A stretch of 64,000 bases of DNA from Adineta vaga (Eukaryota > Animalia > Rotifera), in the NCBI GenBank assembly GCA_021613535.1, contig CP075496.1, positions 2,108,001 through 2,172,000 of the forward strand, in the 5' to 3' direction. The notes beneath the pieces were generated by a model. That model had not been told where the DNA came from. It made no database searches and saw only the letters and a list, made by a program, of their open reading frames with translations. Each line of letters starts with the position of its first letter. Positions within the stretch are counted from its first letter, which is position 1. Of this stretch, positions 29,759-44,186 are shown piece after piece. The position numbers were made by a program, and so were the translations under genes.

Positions 29759-32700
29759 TTATTTCTTGCCTTTCTTTCCTGCTGAACCTTTTCCCTTTTT
29801 CCCTTTCTCAGTTGCAGGTGGTTTGTTTTTTTCTGCTGCGGCAATCAATTCTTGTTCTCTTGCAGCTAATTCAGCTAATCGTTTACGTTCAACTTCAAGA
29901 AAACGTTGTCGAAATGCTTCACGTGGTTCATTAACTGTACGACGAAATTGATCGATTTTTCCTTGTAAATCAACATATTCTTCTAATTGACGAATCTTTT
30001 CTTTATAACGATTATTTTGATCTTCGGTACGATATTGACGTATTTCATCTGCATACTTGGCATATTCGAGAAATTCAGCTTGTCGACGACGTAATTCTTC
30101 TTCTTCAAATAATGGATCGATTATAATTGTCTCGTCACCAAGTAGTTTATGTCTAAAAGAAAATTAATTCAGATATATTTTTCATTATGTTTTCACAATC
30201 AATTCGATTACTTGGTGAAAGGTTTGATATCCAATGGTGGTAGAATAATTTTTGGTTTTGTTGGTGGTGGTTGATCAAGAAGAGGTTCATCAACTATCGG
30301 CATTGGTGGAACTAATGGAGCAGCTTCTTGTTGTGCTGCTGCTGCCGCTGCTAGTTCAGCTTGTTTAGTTGCTTCATCTTTTGCAGCACCCTTTTTAGTT
30401 CCAGTTGAAGAAATACCTTTCTTTGTTGTTGCGGCTGGCGTTTGTTTAGCAACAGGTTGTTGTTCAGCAGCAGGTGGAACTGTGGAAGGTGCTGTAGTAG
30501 TCGATGGTTTGTCACTTGGTTGTGTTTCAGGTGATTTTGTTGTACCATCCGTTGTGGCGGATAAAGGTCGTTCTTCGACTTTTGGTTGTAAAGAATCGAG
30601 AAATTTTTGTCGTGTTTGCATTGCTTTTTGAGCACGTCCAGTTTCCAATGTTTCCCATGCTTTTTTTGTATTAATCAATTCTTCGTGTCGTTCAGTATCT
30701 TTTTTGATAGTTAATTCATCCTATATATGAAAGAAGAATTATTAATTTAAAAACGAATGACATATTTTATTTTCATACCGCTTTGTCAGCATCACATACA
30801 ACACGTAATATCCAATGTGCTTTAGTTGTATCAAGTGGTTTTTCGACATTTCCTTTTCCGGTTCCTGGTCGACCAGATGTACCTGTACTACCTTTGGTTG
30901 CACCTGCAGCGGCTGTAGCTCCTTTTCCTTTGCCAGCTGCAGTAGCACCAGTACCTGTCGCTCCTTTTCCTTTACCTGCACCAGTAGTACCAGCAGTTGC
31001 GCCTGTAGTTCCATCTACTTTTGTTGCTACTGGTTGTTTGAAAACTAAATTCAACAAAATGAATATATTATTCATTTGCACGAATGTACACAAAAATAAT
31101 CTCTTTTACTTTTCAGATCATTCTTTTCTTGTTCTTTGAGTTGTTCAACAAATTTCCATTGAGTTTCAGTTAATGGCCATGATTTGCGAAGTAATGTTAC
31201 TTGAATAACATACTTATGAAACTAAAGAGATTTGTATATGATATTTCAAGTAGATAACAAGTATCTATTATAATTACTTTTTCTTCTTCATCTAGTACTA
31301 CACCTACTCGACTACTCGATCGCTAAAATAAAATAAAATAAAATAAAATAAAATAGTTTTTACTTTAATAGCAGAGGAAATTTATCAGTGAGTGAAAGGA
31401 TATTTTCTTAAAAATAAACATGCAGGAAATAAAAGAAAGTTTGCAAAAATAATGTAGGAAACAATATAATATATATATATATGTCCATTCACTTGAAGAT
31501 TTTTCTTTTTCTGATTTAACTAGATTAATATCAATGCAAAATAAAATGAAACATACGTCTCATTTTTGAATATATAAAGATTGACTTACACTTCGTTTTC
31601 CACTTCCAATTTTCTCTTTTTCAGGTCGAGCATTCGTTGTTGGTAGAGGAGTTGTTTCACTAATACTACCTCGAGCAGTACCAGCTCCTGATTTACTATC
31701 TTTTTTACCTATACACACATTAAACAAAGAATATAGAATTTAGATAGTTATGTAAAAAAAGTTACCTCCAGTTTTTGACGCTGGTCTTGACGTCAGTGGT
31801 GATGCTGTTGCTGCTGTTGTTGAGACTTGCGGTGTTGGTGCCGATGGTGCTTGAACTGCAGTACTTACTGTATTCGTAACATCACGTAAGAATAGAACAG
31901 CTGGTAAAACGACGTTGCCTTTGCCTTCAACACGAACTATTTCTTCACTACCATCAAAGACAGTTAAACGCATTAAGACATCGGATTTGGATGTAGTAAA
32001 TTGAAGACTAGCCAAATGAAAATTACGACCAGTTTGATTACTATCATCACCGACAATCACTCGGTATCTTGAAAAACAAAAACCATGAGAATGTGATTAC
32101 TTCGAAAGAAGTTCATGAAACAGTAACTGATGATGCAACGCTAATTTTTATAGAATAATAAATATCTTACCTGCATATAATCAGATCTCTATTTGGTACA
32201 TAATAACCTTTGCTTTCTTTAGTTACAAATGCTGATGTTAATTGTTCACTACGTGGTTCTGGTAAATGTGTATACGATGTTAATAAACGAAGACGATAAC
32301 GATTATTGACTAATGGTTGATCTAATGTTACTCCTTCGGCAAAAAACGTATAACCAAGCTAAGTTTTGTAAATAAAATAGAATAGAAATTTCGTATATTT
32401 TTTTATTGATTAAGAAAATTAACTTTACTTTATTTTTTATAAACTTGGCAGGAGCAAGTCGATTAAAAATTAAAGGCATTTCATCATATGTATCATTGTT
32501 AATCACACGTAAAATTGAATTTTGTGCATGAGCAAGAAGTTTCGCGGAAACAAAACCGTCTTCAGTAGCATAAAATATATCTCTAGAATCAAGATAAATA
32601 TTCATACGGTTAATTGACTTTTATTGGAACGAATCTTCTGAAAATACATACCGAAAAAGAGTAAACCAAGTATTTGCTGGTTGTTCTTGATGTTGTCCAT

Positions 32701-35700
32701 GATAATCTCGATAAGTTACCATATTCCAATCATCTTTCGAAAATTGAAAACATTGTATTAATTGTGGTTTGATGACCAATAAATTTCTTTTATAAAATAG
32801 AAGAAAAGTTAGATTTTATTTTTGAATAACCATTTGTAATTCTTACCGAAATAATAAAACAGCTGATTTTGTCATATCATTTTTTAATATTGTCATTGTT
32901 CCTTGTAATGCTCGTTGTATAAGTAAATTTCTTTCTGTACCTGGTGTACGAGCATTCAGTATTCGACGTTGTAAATATCCTCGAGCACTTTTTTGAATAT
33001 TAACAATCGCATCCATTTCATTGGCTGATAATTCTCGAGTTAACCAATCTGATACTGGTTCTTCTAGAAAATATTTTCCAAAAGATATCAAATCAGATCT
33101 ATAAAAAGAACACTCTAATTTCTACCTTGAAGATCGGAAACTGATAATGATGCTGCTAATTGCTGTTGTTGTTTACTAGCTTTATCATCGGTACCACCTT
33201 TATCTTTTCCTCCACCACCCTTTTTAGCGGTTGTTGATGTTCCTGTTGGTGCTGGATTTGCTGGTACAGTTGCATTATTCGGTCGTGCAGAATTTCGAGT
33301 GGCATTTAAATTATCTGAAAGATCATATTTCTATCTAAAGATTTTTTTCTTCAAATTTTGTTTTACTGTGTTTTGTTTCATAAACACCCATGATATCTGT
33401 TGTTGTCAGATCATTTGTAAAACATCGCCAAGCAAATTGTGTTTCGGTATTAAGTGCTTGTCCAGCGTTGGCAAGTATATTACGCAAAGTAGTATAGATT
33501 GCTTCATTAAAAACTTTCCAACATGTTTGAACAGTAAGATGTGCTGATTCCGGTGCATAATCACAATATAAACGAAATAATTCTTGTAATCTATTATCTT
33601 GCTGATCCATATTATTGAAATTTTGTATCGAATCATCAAGAGCAAGAAATAATTCTTCAGCTCGTAGAATAAAATCTGTATCTTCCTATGAATGAAAAAC
33701 GAAATGAAACATAGAAATAAGATTTTTCGATTTTGAAAAACATACAGGCGCTGAAACAACTTTTGCTAATAGTTGATCTTCATCACCAAAGGTAAAATCA
33801 TGTGTATCGGACATAATTTGAAGATGAGAAGCTAATGGACATGTGACAGTAAATTTTAAAACATGTCGTCTGAAATAAAGACAATCATACGGATAAGAAA
33901 TGAATAATTTCAGTTCATTTTTATTTACCCAGGTGGTAATGTAAGTAAAGCAGCTTTTGTTGCTGTTGTATGGAGACGAAGAATAGGTTGACCCATTGAA
34001 ACTGATTTCCAAGAATAGATTTCTGCAATAAGTGAACCTGGTTGAGAAACCGTATCTTTTTGTGCTATTGCGGTATTCTCTGTAGAATTCCCATCATGAG
34101 CAGCACCATGTGGAGCTGGGGTTTGAGGTGATTCGAAAACACTTGGTCGATGTTTACCTCGTGCCGGACTAACTTCTGCAGGTCCTCGATCAGTCGATAA
34201 AGATGTATTACGACCAACTTTTTCTGGTATAGTTGATACAGCTGGAGCAGGTGGACCTGAACCTTCCGGTTGTCCTAAATCATGCCAACGCGATAGTGAT
34301 GTTAAACCAACAATTAATTCAATATTTTTATCAACTGCTTCACGTGTATTATCGACAAATAAATATAATGATGATTTTTCATCTTGAAGATTCTAATAAT
34401 AAAAATTTATATTGAATAAAACTCATCAGACATAGACAAGAGAAGAAACGTACAGGAACTTGTTGAGCTATAGATGGATTTGGATCTTTTTTCTTTTCTT
34501 TCGTAACAGAAGTAACAACCGGCTAAAATACAGAAGAAGCAATACAGATATTATGATCAAATGAATTTCAAACAATATTATGTCACAGTTTATTCAAATT
34601 ATATTTCAAGTGATCACAGAGAAAACTTTTCTTTTGGAGATTATTATGATTTAACAAAGCTTTGAACATTTTCTTTTCATCAAAAAATAAATAATTGGAT
34701 TAAACTATGACACAATTTAATATTAATGTAAAACTATTGATTAAATAAACACATAGTTATGTGTATTAGAATAAATATATATAAAAAACGACAAATACAT
34801 ATGTGTATGTTCCTTTTCAAACAGTTCAAAGAAAACTCAATTACCTGTTGTGCTGCAAAATACTAAAAAGAAATATATGTTCATCACGATTGCTTATATC
34901 TCGTTAGATACGTGAAAGAATTCACTTATGAATGAAAAGATGCTTTTATTTACCCTGAGTTCAGTATGTTTATGTGAATATTGATAACCACGAGGATTAT
35001 GAAAAACGACAATTGATGTAAAACAAGAACAGAAATCATCAAAGTCCATCCAAATTTTTGGTGTTGTATATGCTTTTTTCGTTGGCTGAACAATTTTTGG
35101 ACCTGAATTTGCATCATTGGTTTTCGATTGTGAATCTTGTTGTTCAGGATTAGTGGCAGTTGCTGTTCCAGGAGCATCTAATTGTGTAACAGTTTGTTCA
35201 CTTTCAGCAGCTAAATAATACAAATGATTGATAATATTTGAAAAGATTTTATCAAAGAAATTTCTTACTTTTACTTTTTACAGACACAGCATCGGATGAT
35301 GGTTTAACAGATGCTACTTCAATTTTACTACTTGTCAGTTTTCGATTATTCTGAATCGATTGAAAATAGAAAGTCATTGACTAAGAAGCAAAAAATTTAC
35401 TTTATTTTTATCGGCAGATCGTTCTCGTCGAAGTTTACTACCAGCACTACGTACAGATTCATCAAAAACATCAGGTGTCTCGGGTATGATCATCTAAATC
35501 AACAATCCGTTTAGTTTTATAATAGTATCGAATTATTTGAATCGAACTTCTTTTGTTTGTGAAATAGATTCTTCTTTTCTATTTCCAATTTGATTTATAT
35601 CGCCTTGATCATTATCAATATCTAATTTTGAATCATTATGTTCGGCATCTTCATCTTCATCAACTTCAATTATTTCAGGAACATCAGCAATTGTTGAATG

Positions 35701-38215
35701 TGTCGCTGAATGACTCAAACGAGATGTTGTACCATGATTAGGTGTACTAACATTCCTATAGATAGATATATCAGTATTATATAAAGAAACAAAATTTTGA
35801 TAAAATAATAGAACGATGCATGATAATAAGTTCTAAGCACAACGGAAAAAGCAACTATAGAGACGGAGAGAACATGCACAAATGCAAATATAATTCCTAC
35901 GTGATGCAACTATCAATCATATGAAGTCGAATCGTCGGTTTGCTGTTTTAGTTTGGTTAAATGTTAAAAAAATTTTGTAAAAAAATCAACGAATAAAATG
36001 TTCTACATACATATTTAAAGCACTTGGAGATGGATAATTGATATATGGAGAAGTAATTTCGATCCAACGATCAGGTTTAGGTTCTCGAGGTGCTAAAAAA
36101 GAAAGAAGTTTATGTCAAAATTCTTGCTTTTCATTTACTTACTAAATGGTTCGGCATGAGGTAAAATTTTTGTTTTTTTTGGTCGAATAAGTTTCCATGA
36201 AGGTATTTGTTCTGGTAGTGGTGGTGGTTCTAATGGAATATCTCGAATAGTTGTTAATAACATTGTTGTAGCAAATGTATCATTGAGATTATAACGTCTC
36301 AATCGTTCACTTCGATCAGCTACTTCACCATAAGCACTGATACGTGCTGGTTGTAATTGAGGTATACTAGCAAAGACAATCATCTTAGGTGCTTCGGGTA
36401 TAGTTTGATCATCAATAATTGCTCCTGGATCTTCTGAAGCACCACCACGACCAGCACCACCAAATCGTTTCGAATCTTTACCTGTTCGACTTTCTTTTCC
36501 AGCAGCTGCTTTCGTTGTTGGATCTTTCGGTACGGTTAAACTAGCTGGTGCACCAGCTTTTTTCTGACTTTTTTCATCCGATTTTTTCGTTAAAGTTTCA
36601 GTTGCAGTATCATCTTGATGACCCGCTTGTTCCTGCTATTGAAAGTTAGATAGAAATCTATTAATCTAAATGATCTTACATTTGAATGCGATGAAGTTGC
36701 TTCTTCTGTTACTTCAATTTTCGGTTCAGGCCATTTAAATAATGGTACAGGACCATACGTCGGTAATGGACTAGTAGGATTTTGATCCGGTTTATTGATT
36801 TCATTTTCTGTAACAAGTTTATTTGAACGATCATCGCGAAGAAACTTCCAAACTTTTCCAGCATGAGTATATCTAATCATACGTATGATTTATTTTATTT
36901 TATTTTTATAGAACATCGAGAAAAAACGTACTTTAACGGAATCGGTTCAGGCAGCCAACCAGTCAATGTATGAATAATACTTGTTTCATTCGTTGGAGGA
37001 TTAGTGTTTGGTGAACGATAACTACAATTGATGAAAGAAAAGGCAAAGATTTCATTTGAAATAAGGAAAAAAACAGAAACTACTTACTCGAGAGACATGA
37101 TTTTTAATAAACCTTTTGATAAAAGTATTGGCCATAATTCATATGGCAACGATGTTTGTGGTAGAAGACATCGATTTTTCGAATCAAATGGAATCGTATC
37201 ATCAACAACAATCTTTCGCCAAGTACCCTATTTATTTCGAAGTAAAAAGAATTTGTTTCATATTTTTCAAAACATTTCATCGTTTATCTCAACAAACCAG
37301 AAAGAAAAGACGAAGAACATATTTGCCGGCTGGATTATATGGTGTGATAAAAGGTTGTCTTGAAACTTTATTCAATGCATAGATATGTTCCTAGAAGATC
37401 GAAGATTTCGATAATTTACTTAGAAAAAGAGAACAAACCCAAGGTCGCCAAGTTCGTCCACTGAGAACTGCTGGATTTGGTTCTGATGAAATTTCCGATG
37501 GTGTATTTGTAGATTTACGTTCTCGTCGACACACATCCCATAAGGCAGTAATCTGACTAATAATATTACGCATTGTCTATATATTCAAATGGAAATCATG
37601 ATAAACAAAATCAATGCGTCATATTCTTACATCATTAAAATGTAAATGTTCATTTGGTGTGACTAAATCAAAATTCTGCATGCCTTGATCAACATCGACA
37701 ATCACCGGTGGCTATTGAAGAAGATAGTCTCATTGATTATTTCTATGATCCAAAAAGAAAATCATTTCTTACTCGGTCAGGTGGTAGAAAATCCACTGGT
37801 CTTTTCCATTGATCTACTTTTAATGTAGGAGGAAGTTCAATTTTACCTTCAGGATCTTCAAATCCATGTGTACCCTAGAAAATAATTCATTTCAATATAT
37901 GATCACTTCATTTGAAGTCATTTTCATACCGTTACAATTGCTGATTTTGTATCAACACGAGCTCGATTTGCTGCTGTTTCTTTCTTTTTTCCACTTCCCA
38001 CTTCCCATGATTCTGCATTAACATCTGCATCATTCCATTCTGGCCATAATGGTGCTAAACGAGATTTTCTATTGTCCACCGATCTAAATCATAATAAACA
38101 TCAATAGAAGCAAATCACGAAAAAAATGCTCAATCAACCTCGATGTTTGATCGCCTCGTGAATGATTCGCACCACCACCACCAGCTGCTGTTTTTGATGG
38201 TGCAGCAGTAGTCAT
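29759..38215 (-). CDS. ADGB: Androglobin (calpain-like domain, permuted globin domain with IQ motif), >20 exons
   Basis: WPEWNDADVNAESWE, FEDPEGKIELPP...WKRP, GKYVLRLFFLGC, ELWPILLSK, IHTLTGWLPE, WMDFDDF, IQ motif IQKSARGYLQRR, HWILRVV, KKAWETLETGRAQKA. Confidence 0.9.
31324..31354. repeat. (TAAAA)n microsatellite in an ADGB intron
   Basis: About six tandem TAAAA units. Confidence 0.8.
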
Positions 38216-38532
38216 TTCTTTTTAGAAATTTATTCAGATAAATAACAGATCATTAATTTCAAAAAAAGATTCAACTTCTAGATTACCACTACTTGTTTAA
38301 TGGGTAGTTTAGATAGAGCAGCCATTTTCAACGAAATTGGCAAGGTAGATTCCTCAAAGATCATCAATTTCAATGTACAACATAGATGGCACTGGTTAAC
38401 AAGACACAAATTTTCTTTTCATTAAGAAAAAAAGAAAGATACTCTTTCAACTTCTAGATGAGTTCTAACAAATGACTGAATTAATGTAGTCAGTCAAACA
38501 TGAATATTTAAAAAAGGAAATAGAATACGAAC

Positions 38533-38732
38533 CTGTCTTGTGTCTCCGTAATAGAATATTGTCGATCATTTATTGACAGTTTTCCATGCATATGATGTAA
38601 ATATGAAGGGGAATGTTTTCCTTCATGACTACCATTTACTTTCGAAGTATAATGAATTAATTTCGATACGTTGGGAGAATGTTTGGACGAATCATCATCA
38701 ATTGTTTCAGTAGATTCTCTACCACTCGACAT
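38533..38732 (-). CDS. Probable alternative first coding exon of androglobin
   Basis: ATG at 38732 (MSSGRESTETIDD...TQD), 200 nt long, ending AG|gttcgt in phase 2. This is the same phase as ADGB exon 1 (38139-38215, 77 nt). Confidence 0.6.
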
Positions 38733-39995
38733 TAGAACTTTTTTTTTATGAAAAAATGACTTATTTTTTTTGTTGAGCAATAGAAGCAAGAAAAAAAAAG
38801 TAGTTCTATAAATGGAGCTTATTATTTCTAATGGCAGGTAATCCTATGATAATCAATATGAAAACTTTTACCGTTGTTTATAGAGAAAATCGATTTTATT
38901 CATGCATTGCTATTAAATTCAGTTTAGTTTAGTTTACTTTATTATAATCTTTCTTGATAAATGACAAATTTGTCTACTATTTTTGAACATTAATTAAATC
39001 TTGCCTTTCAGAAATAACTTTATCTATACAATTGAATAGATTCTTGTTATCAAATTCTCTTCAAGTTTTGATAAAAGATTACACACCATACCCTTTTCTT
39101 AAATGTGTCTAAAATTTTATCTTGATTTTGATGTGTAAGTACTCTGTGTATTCACATATCCATTGTTATCTCTAATGCACAAATGATAACAATGCTTTTT
39201 ATTCTGATCATGTCACCATATTAGATTCGTCCTTGAAATACAAGGAATAATTTATAAACAATGTAAGGCAGTAAATCAGATGATGAGTAGGTCGAATTAA
39301 CCTTATCTCATAATTTACAATGAAATTTTACATTCATTCCTTTTTTTTCCCTATTCATTTACGTTTTCTCAATGAATTCACAGAGGCAATCTCTACATTT
39401 GCATATATGTCAGGGATCTAAAATAATGTTTCTTAGTCGAAACAAAAAAAAACTCATTAACATATTTTTATCATAATTAAAATTCATTTATTTATAGTAT
39501 TCATTAGTGTTCGTATATTTTCTAAAGAAAACGAAAGATTGTTCAAATATATAAGAATACTTGTATGAATAGCTCGCATCTCATCTTCATGTCACTTAAG
39601 AAAATTCTGACATTGATTATTATTCATTTTGATTGTCACACTTCTAGAAAATAACATGACAAGAGTTTATAGAGTAAGACAGATACATAAATAGATTCTT
39701 TTGTTTCTTTCTTTGCTAAATCATTCATGTTGTTGATCTAATTTCAATCTTAAGATATGACGTTATTTGTGTTTGAATGCAAATTACTAGAAGAAAAACA
39801 GTTGTTAAACTTATTCTTGATAGAATTAATACGGACTAGGATCGTAATTAGTTTGTTTTATTTGCATATTAGTCAACACTATAATAAAATACCACAAATA
39901 TATAATAAAAAAAACGTTCTGTTTTTTTCGAATACTAAATTCGTTCTATCACAGATATAATCAATGTACTTAAAATTGTGTTGTATATGGAATGT

Positions 39996-42058
39996 CTATT
40001 GTGTAAGGGTTACATTAAGCATCATGACTGCGTGACGATCAATATTTGGTGATGTAAAACTGCCTGTAAATGTTCCAAGAGTTTTTCTTGCCCATAAATC
40101 TCGAACAATAGCTGCATGATCACTTGGAAATCCAATATCAGTCCATTTAACTGTAATTGGTTCACTACCAGATCCACCTCGATTAAAGAGAAGAACAGCT
40201 TGTGAACCGTATGATAATGGACCAGCCCAAATTTCAATTTCCTGTTGAACAGTTAAACATTTTCCATTAAGTTTACTTCGTACAGATTCATCGGTACTAT
40301 TCCAAAACCATGCTTGATTATTCTTTTTATTACATGTAAATGCAGCAATATTTGATCCATCGAAATTAAAAACATCCAAACTAGAAGAATACAATTAAAA
40401 GTGAAAGAGAACATTTTATTTTTATTATAAATACCATTTTCCATTCAATTGTGATATGACATTTTGAGTAGTTGAATCGATTGTCCATTGTTGATTTTTT
40501 CCTTGACATGGTGCTTGAGGATCACTAGCACGACATGTAGTTAAAACAATATTAGCAGCTTCATTAGTATCACAATGGTCAATAGTTAAACATCGTCCAT
40601 CGATAGCTGATCGAATAGTTCCATCTTGAGAATTAAATGTCCATTGACGACGTTTGGGTTCGATGCGTGATGATGATAGAGAACAATCAACAACTTTGAC
40701 ATCAGTTGTTGCATTTGATAATTGTGATGAAGCAAAAGCAACTTTTTTTCCTTGAACACCAAGGGGATCTTGATTAACAGCAATAACTTCTTGATTAGTC
40801 AATGTAGCTAAAGTAGCAGCACTCATTTTAGTTACATCACATCCAATAAGTAAAGGTGCTTTGCTAATCGCCCAAAGAGAAAAGTGTGTGACATATTCAG
40901 CATCCGTCATACCACCATTACCAACTTCGAGCACTGAATAAATATGAAAAACAAAGATTATGAGTTGCTAAAGACGACATCTTCTGCTTACTGTCTGGAT
41001 CATTCCAACCACCAGGACCAGCATAATCAGCGAATTCATTATTCTAAACATAAAGTTTCTTATTTTTATTTTTAATAAATTCAAAATCTCTTCCTACAAT
41101 ATCAATATTTCCAAGCATTGATTCCCATTTATCTGAAATATCTCCTGTTGTTCGCCAACTATTTCCGACTTTTGATGCCCATAAAGCCGGTTTATCAACA
41201 CCCCATTCTATCAATCAAATAAATAGAATGAACAAACAAACCAATCAATCAACAACTTAACATACCACACATCGAATAGAATATTGGTCGTCCACTTGCA
41301 TTTAAAGCATCTCTCATAACTGGATATCGAACTTCAGGTATTGTTCCATCCGTATTACAATTATCATATTTTAAATAATCAACATTCCAATTTGCATATA
41401 TATTTGCATCTTTTGTTTCATAACCTAACGAAGCAGGTCGACCAGCACATGTTTTAAAACCCGCATCTACATTGTTCATAAATCAGTCTTAGAGAATTAA
41501 TCTTAAAAGATAAATAAAACTATTTAATATACCCGAATAAAGTCCAAATTTCAGTTTTCTTGAATGAACATAATCAGTTAAAGCTGGTATTCCACTTGGA
41601 AAAGCTTTTGGATCTGCTTGAATAAAACCTTGAGCATCTCGACTTACTTGCCAACAATCATCCAAATTAACTATTCAAAAAATTCAGTGAAACAACTTGC
41701 AAACATCATCAGCGTTACTAACTATATTCATATCCAGCTGCCGCAAGACCTGTGCCAACGATGGTATCAGCTGTTTGTTGTATAAGTTTTTCATTAATAT
41801 TACAACCAAAATGATTCCAACTATTCCATCCTATAATAAAACATCAAAGAAGAAAAAAATAAGTAAACTATAAAATATTTATTTGATTATGATCTGAAAA
41901 AGAAATCATGTACTCGCTCAAAACCATCGAACCATAAATAAACTCTTTAACAATGTTTACTTTTTTGACAACATACCCATTTGTGGTGTTCTTCCTAGAC
42001 CATTATCAAGTGCCAAAGAAAATCCAACAAAAAATAAAATAAATACTTTCCAAGACAT
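39996..42058 (-). CDS. Secreted GH27 alpha-galactosidase with internal ricin-B (CBM13-like) lectin region
   Basis: Signal peptide, [36 protein letters not shown] (nucleophile), SWRTTGDI (acid/base), [31 protein letters not shown]-type ricin repeats (RQWTF, NQQWT, NQAWF). Confidence 0.93.
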
Positions 42059-42760
42059 CATTTGAATAACACAACTCGAGTGAATTTTTCTATATCGTTA
42101 AAATAAAACAAAGCTTCTTATATCTCTTTTTTTATCTCGAATAAGATATTTTTCTAAACAAATAGTTTTTGTTTTTTCTTCTCTCTTTATAAAATAAACC
42201 AAGTTTGACACTACCTTCAAACCGTCCAATCATTATCGATGTCAACAAAATAGTCATTCGGTAGAAATATTCAAATCATATTCTTTAGACACTCGAGTTT
42301 AATCAAATTTACACTACTAGTTCAATAACGCAATTATTAACAATAACGTTCGTTTTATCTATGAAAATGTGCATAAATAAATTGTTTTCTAAGATACTTG
42401 ATTTAGTAACAATTATTGAGCTATTTTTATGTTCTGGAAGAGAAAATGTTAGTTGTATGCAGATGGAGAGAATGTTGTCAACGAACTGTCTATTTTCTTT
42501 TTCTTTCTTTTTTTTGAAAGATTAGGATTAAATCTCTAATACTATTCCTCATCACTTTGACAAACATTATAGTTAATTAGAAACTGATTTATTCATGACA
42601 GATTATTCTTGAGAGGAATTGAATTAATGACTGTAAGAACTAATTGCTTTTATTTTACTCACGTGTTTGTTTATTTTTTCTTTTCATTCATTTTAAATAA
42701 ATACAAAACAAAGAAAAAAATCAAAAGTTTGAAATATTTTAACAAATATAAACTCATTTA

Positions 42761-44186
42761 TTAAACATGAGATAATTCATTTGAAGTTTGATGATTGTCA
42801 AGAGTAACATTCGTATCATTTACAACAGTTGATACATGTGTTAACATTTCTGATTGATGTGGTTGAATTAAGAAATTGAAATCATATGTTTTCATCATGA
42901 TTTTCGATGATGCTGATAGATGACTCGAACGATGTTTCGAAAGATAATCAGTTGTTTGAAAACTTCGATGAGACGATTTTCCTTGACGTTTTTGAAAGAA
43001 GATTCCATGGAGTTTTTTACAACGTATAGCAAGTAAAAAATGATGACGAAAATAAGATGATGTTAATACATAGAAATAGAATGATAGTGAATAGTTTAAA
43101 TAGAATATTTTACTTGCAATTAACCATGCAACCCATAAATTATCCTCGAATTTTTCATCGCGTTCAATGGTTCGTGTAAAACGATATATACATTCAACTG
43201 ACAGAACAGGTAGACTAACAATAAGAAATGTAATCAAATCAGCAACAAGAACAATACTTAAACGAGCATTGCGACTTGCGCGCTTACGACGACGTATACG
43301 TACAACACGTCGTTTTACACGACGTACGTTGGCTAATATGAATATATTTGCAATAAATACAATACAAAATGGGATAATTAAACTGAGAAAAAAATCTATA
43401 ATTGGACTAACATTTCCATAGAAAAATAAATATGTTGGCGAATTTGTTAATGGTCCACAAGCTGATTTACATGGTTGAGAGGATGAATAGCCAACACCAA
43501 TACCGAATAATAGATGAACATTAATAATTATTATTATTATTAATAGAATCAACGTACTCCATAATGCTGAACGTGATGTTTGAAAACAATTGTAATTACG
43601 TGGATAACGTGATAAGACAAGACGATTACAGGCAACAAAAACTAATAACCATGGTGTTAATTCATCAAAAATTTTTGTTAAAAATAAATGTAATCCACAT
43701 AAAATCCTTGAATCAAGATGATGAACTAGATTCAATTGTTTAAAAAAATATGGCCGTGATATAATTAACAAAGCAATTGTATCCGATATCGCAAGTAATA
43801 ATAGATAACATCCACATGATAATGCTCGTAATTTACGTTGACAGAATGTTAAAATGGAAAGGCCATTACCAATAATACCTACAGTTAAAAAACGAATATA
43901 GATTATTCTTATTTGTTTGCATAAAATGTGTACCTAAAACAACCAAATAGGGCACGACGACATTGATTCGATTTTCGATCTCTTCGGAGAATGAAAGTGT
44001 TTGATTTTGACAAAAATTAGCATTTATTGGTGAAATAGTCGTATTAAACCAATTGATTTCTGTGTCTAAATATTCAAAAAAATGATAAACATAACGAATT
44101 TATCCTGTTGATTTTAAGTTTTCAAAGTAAATATCAAGAAACCTACATGTATTATTATCGATTCTATAAATTGCTGGTGTTGACAT
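42761..44186 (-). CDS. Class A (rhodopsin-like) GPCR, FMRFamide-receptor-like group, 3 exons
   Basis: GIIGNGLS (TM1), YLLLLAISD (TM2), NRL at the DRY position, IPF (TM5), SLP (TM6), NYSLSFYFY (TM7). ATG at 44186 with phase-consistent introns. Confidence 0.88.

Noticed and set aside
30773-31093. GKGKGAT repeats resembling a P-loop or collagen-like repeat
   Set aside because: This is a low-complexity linker within an androglobin exon.
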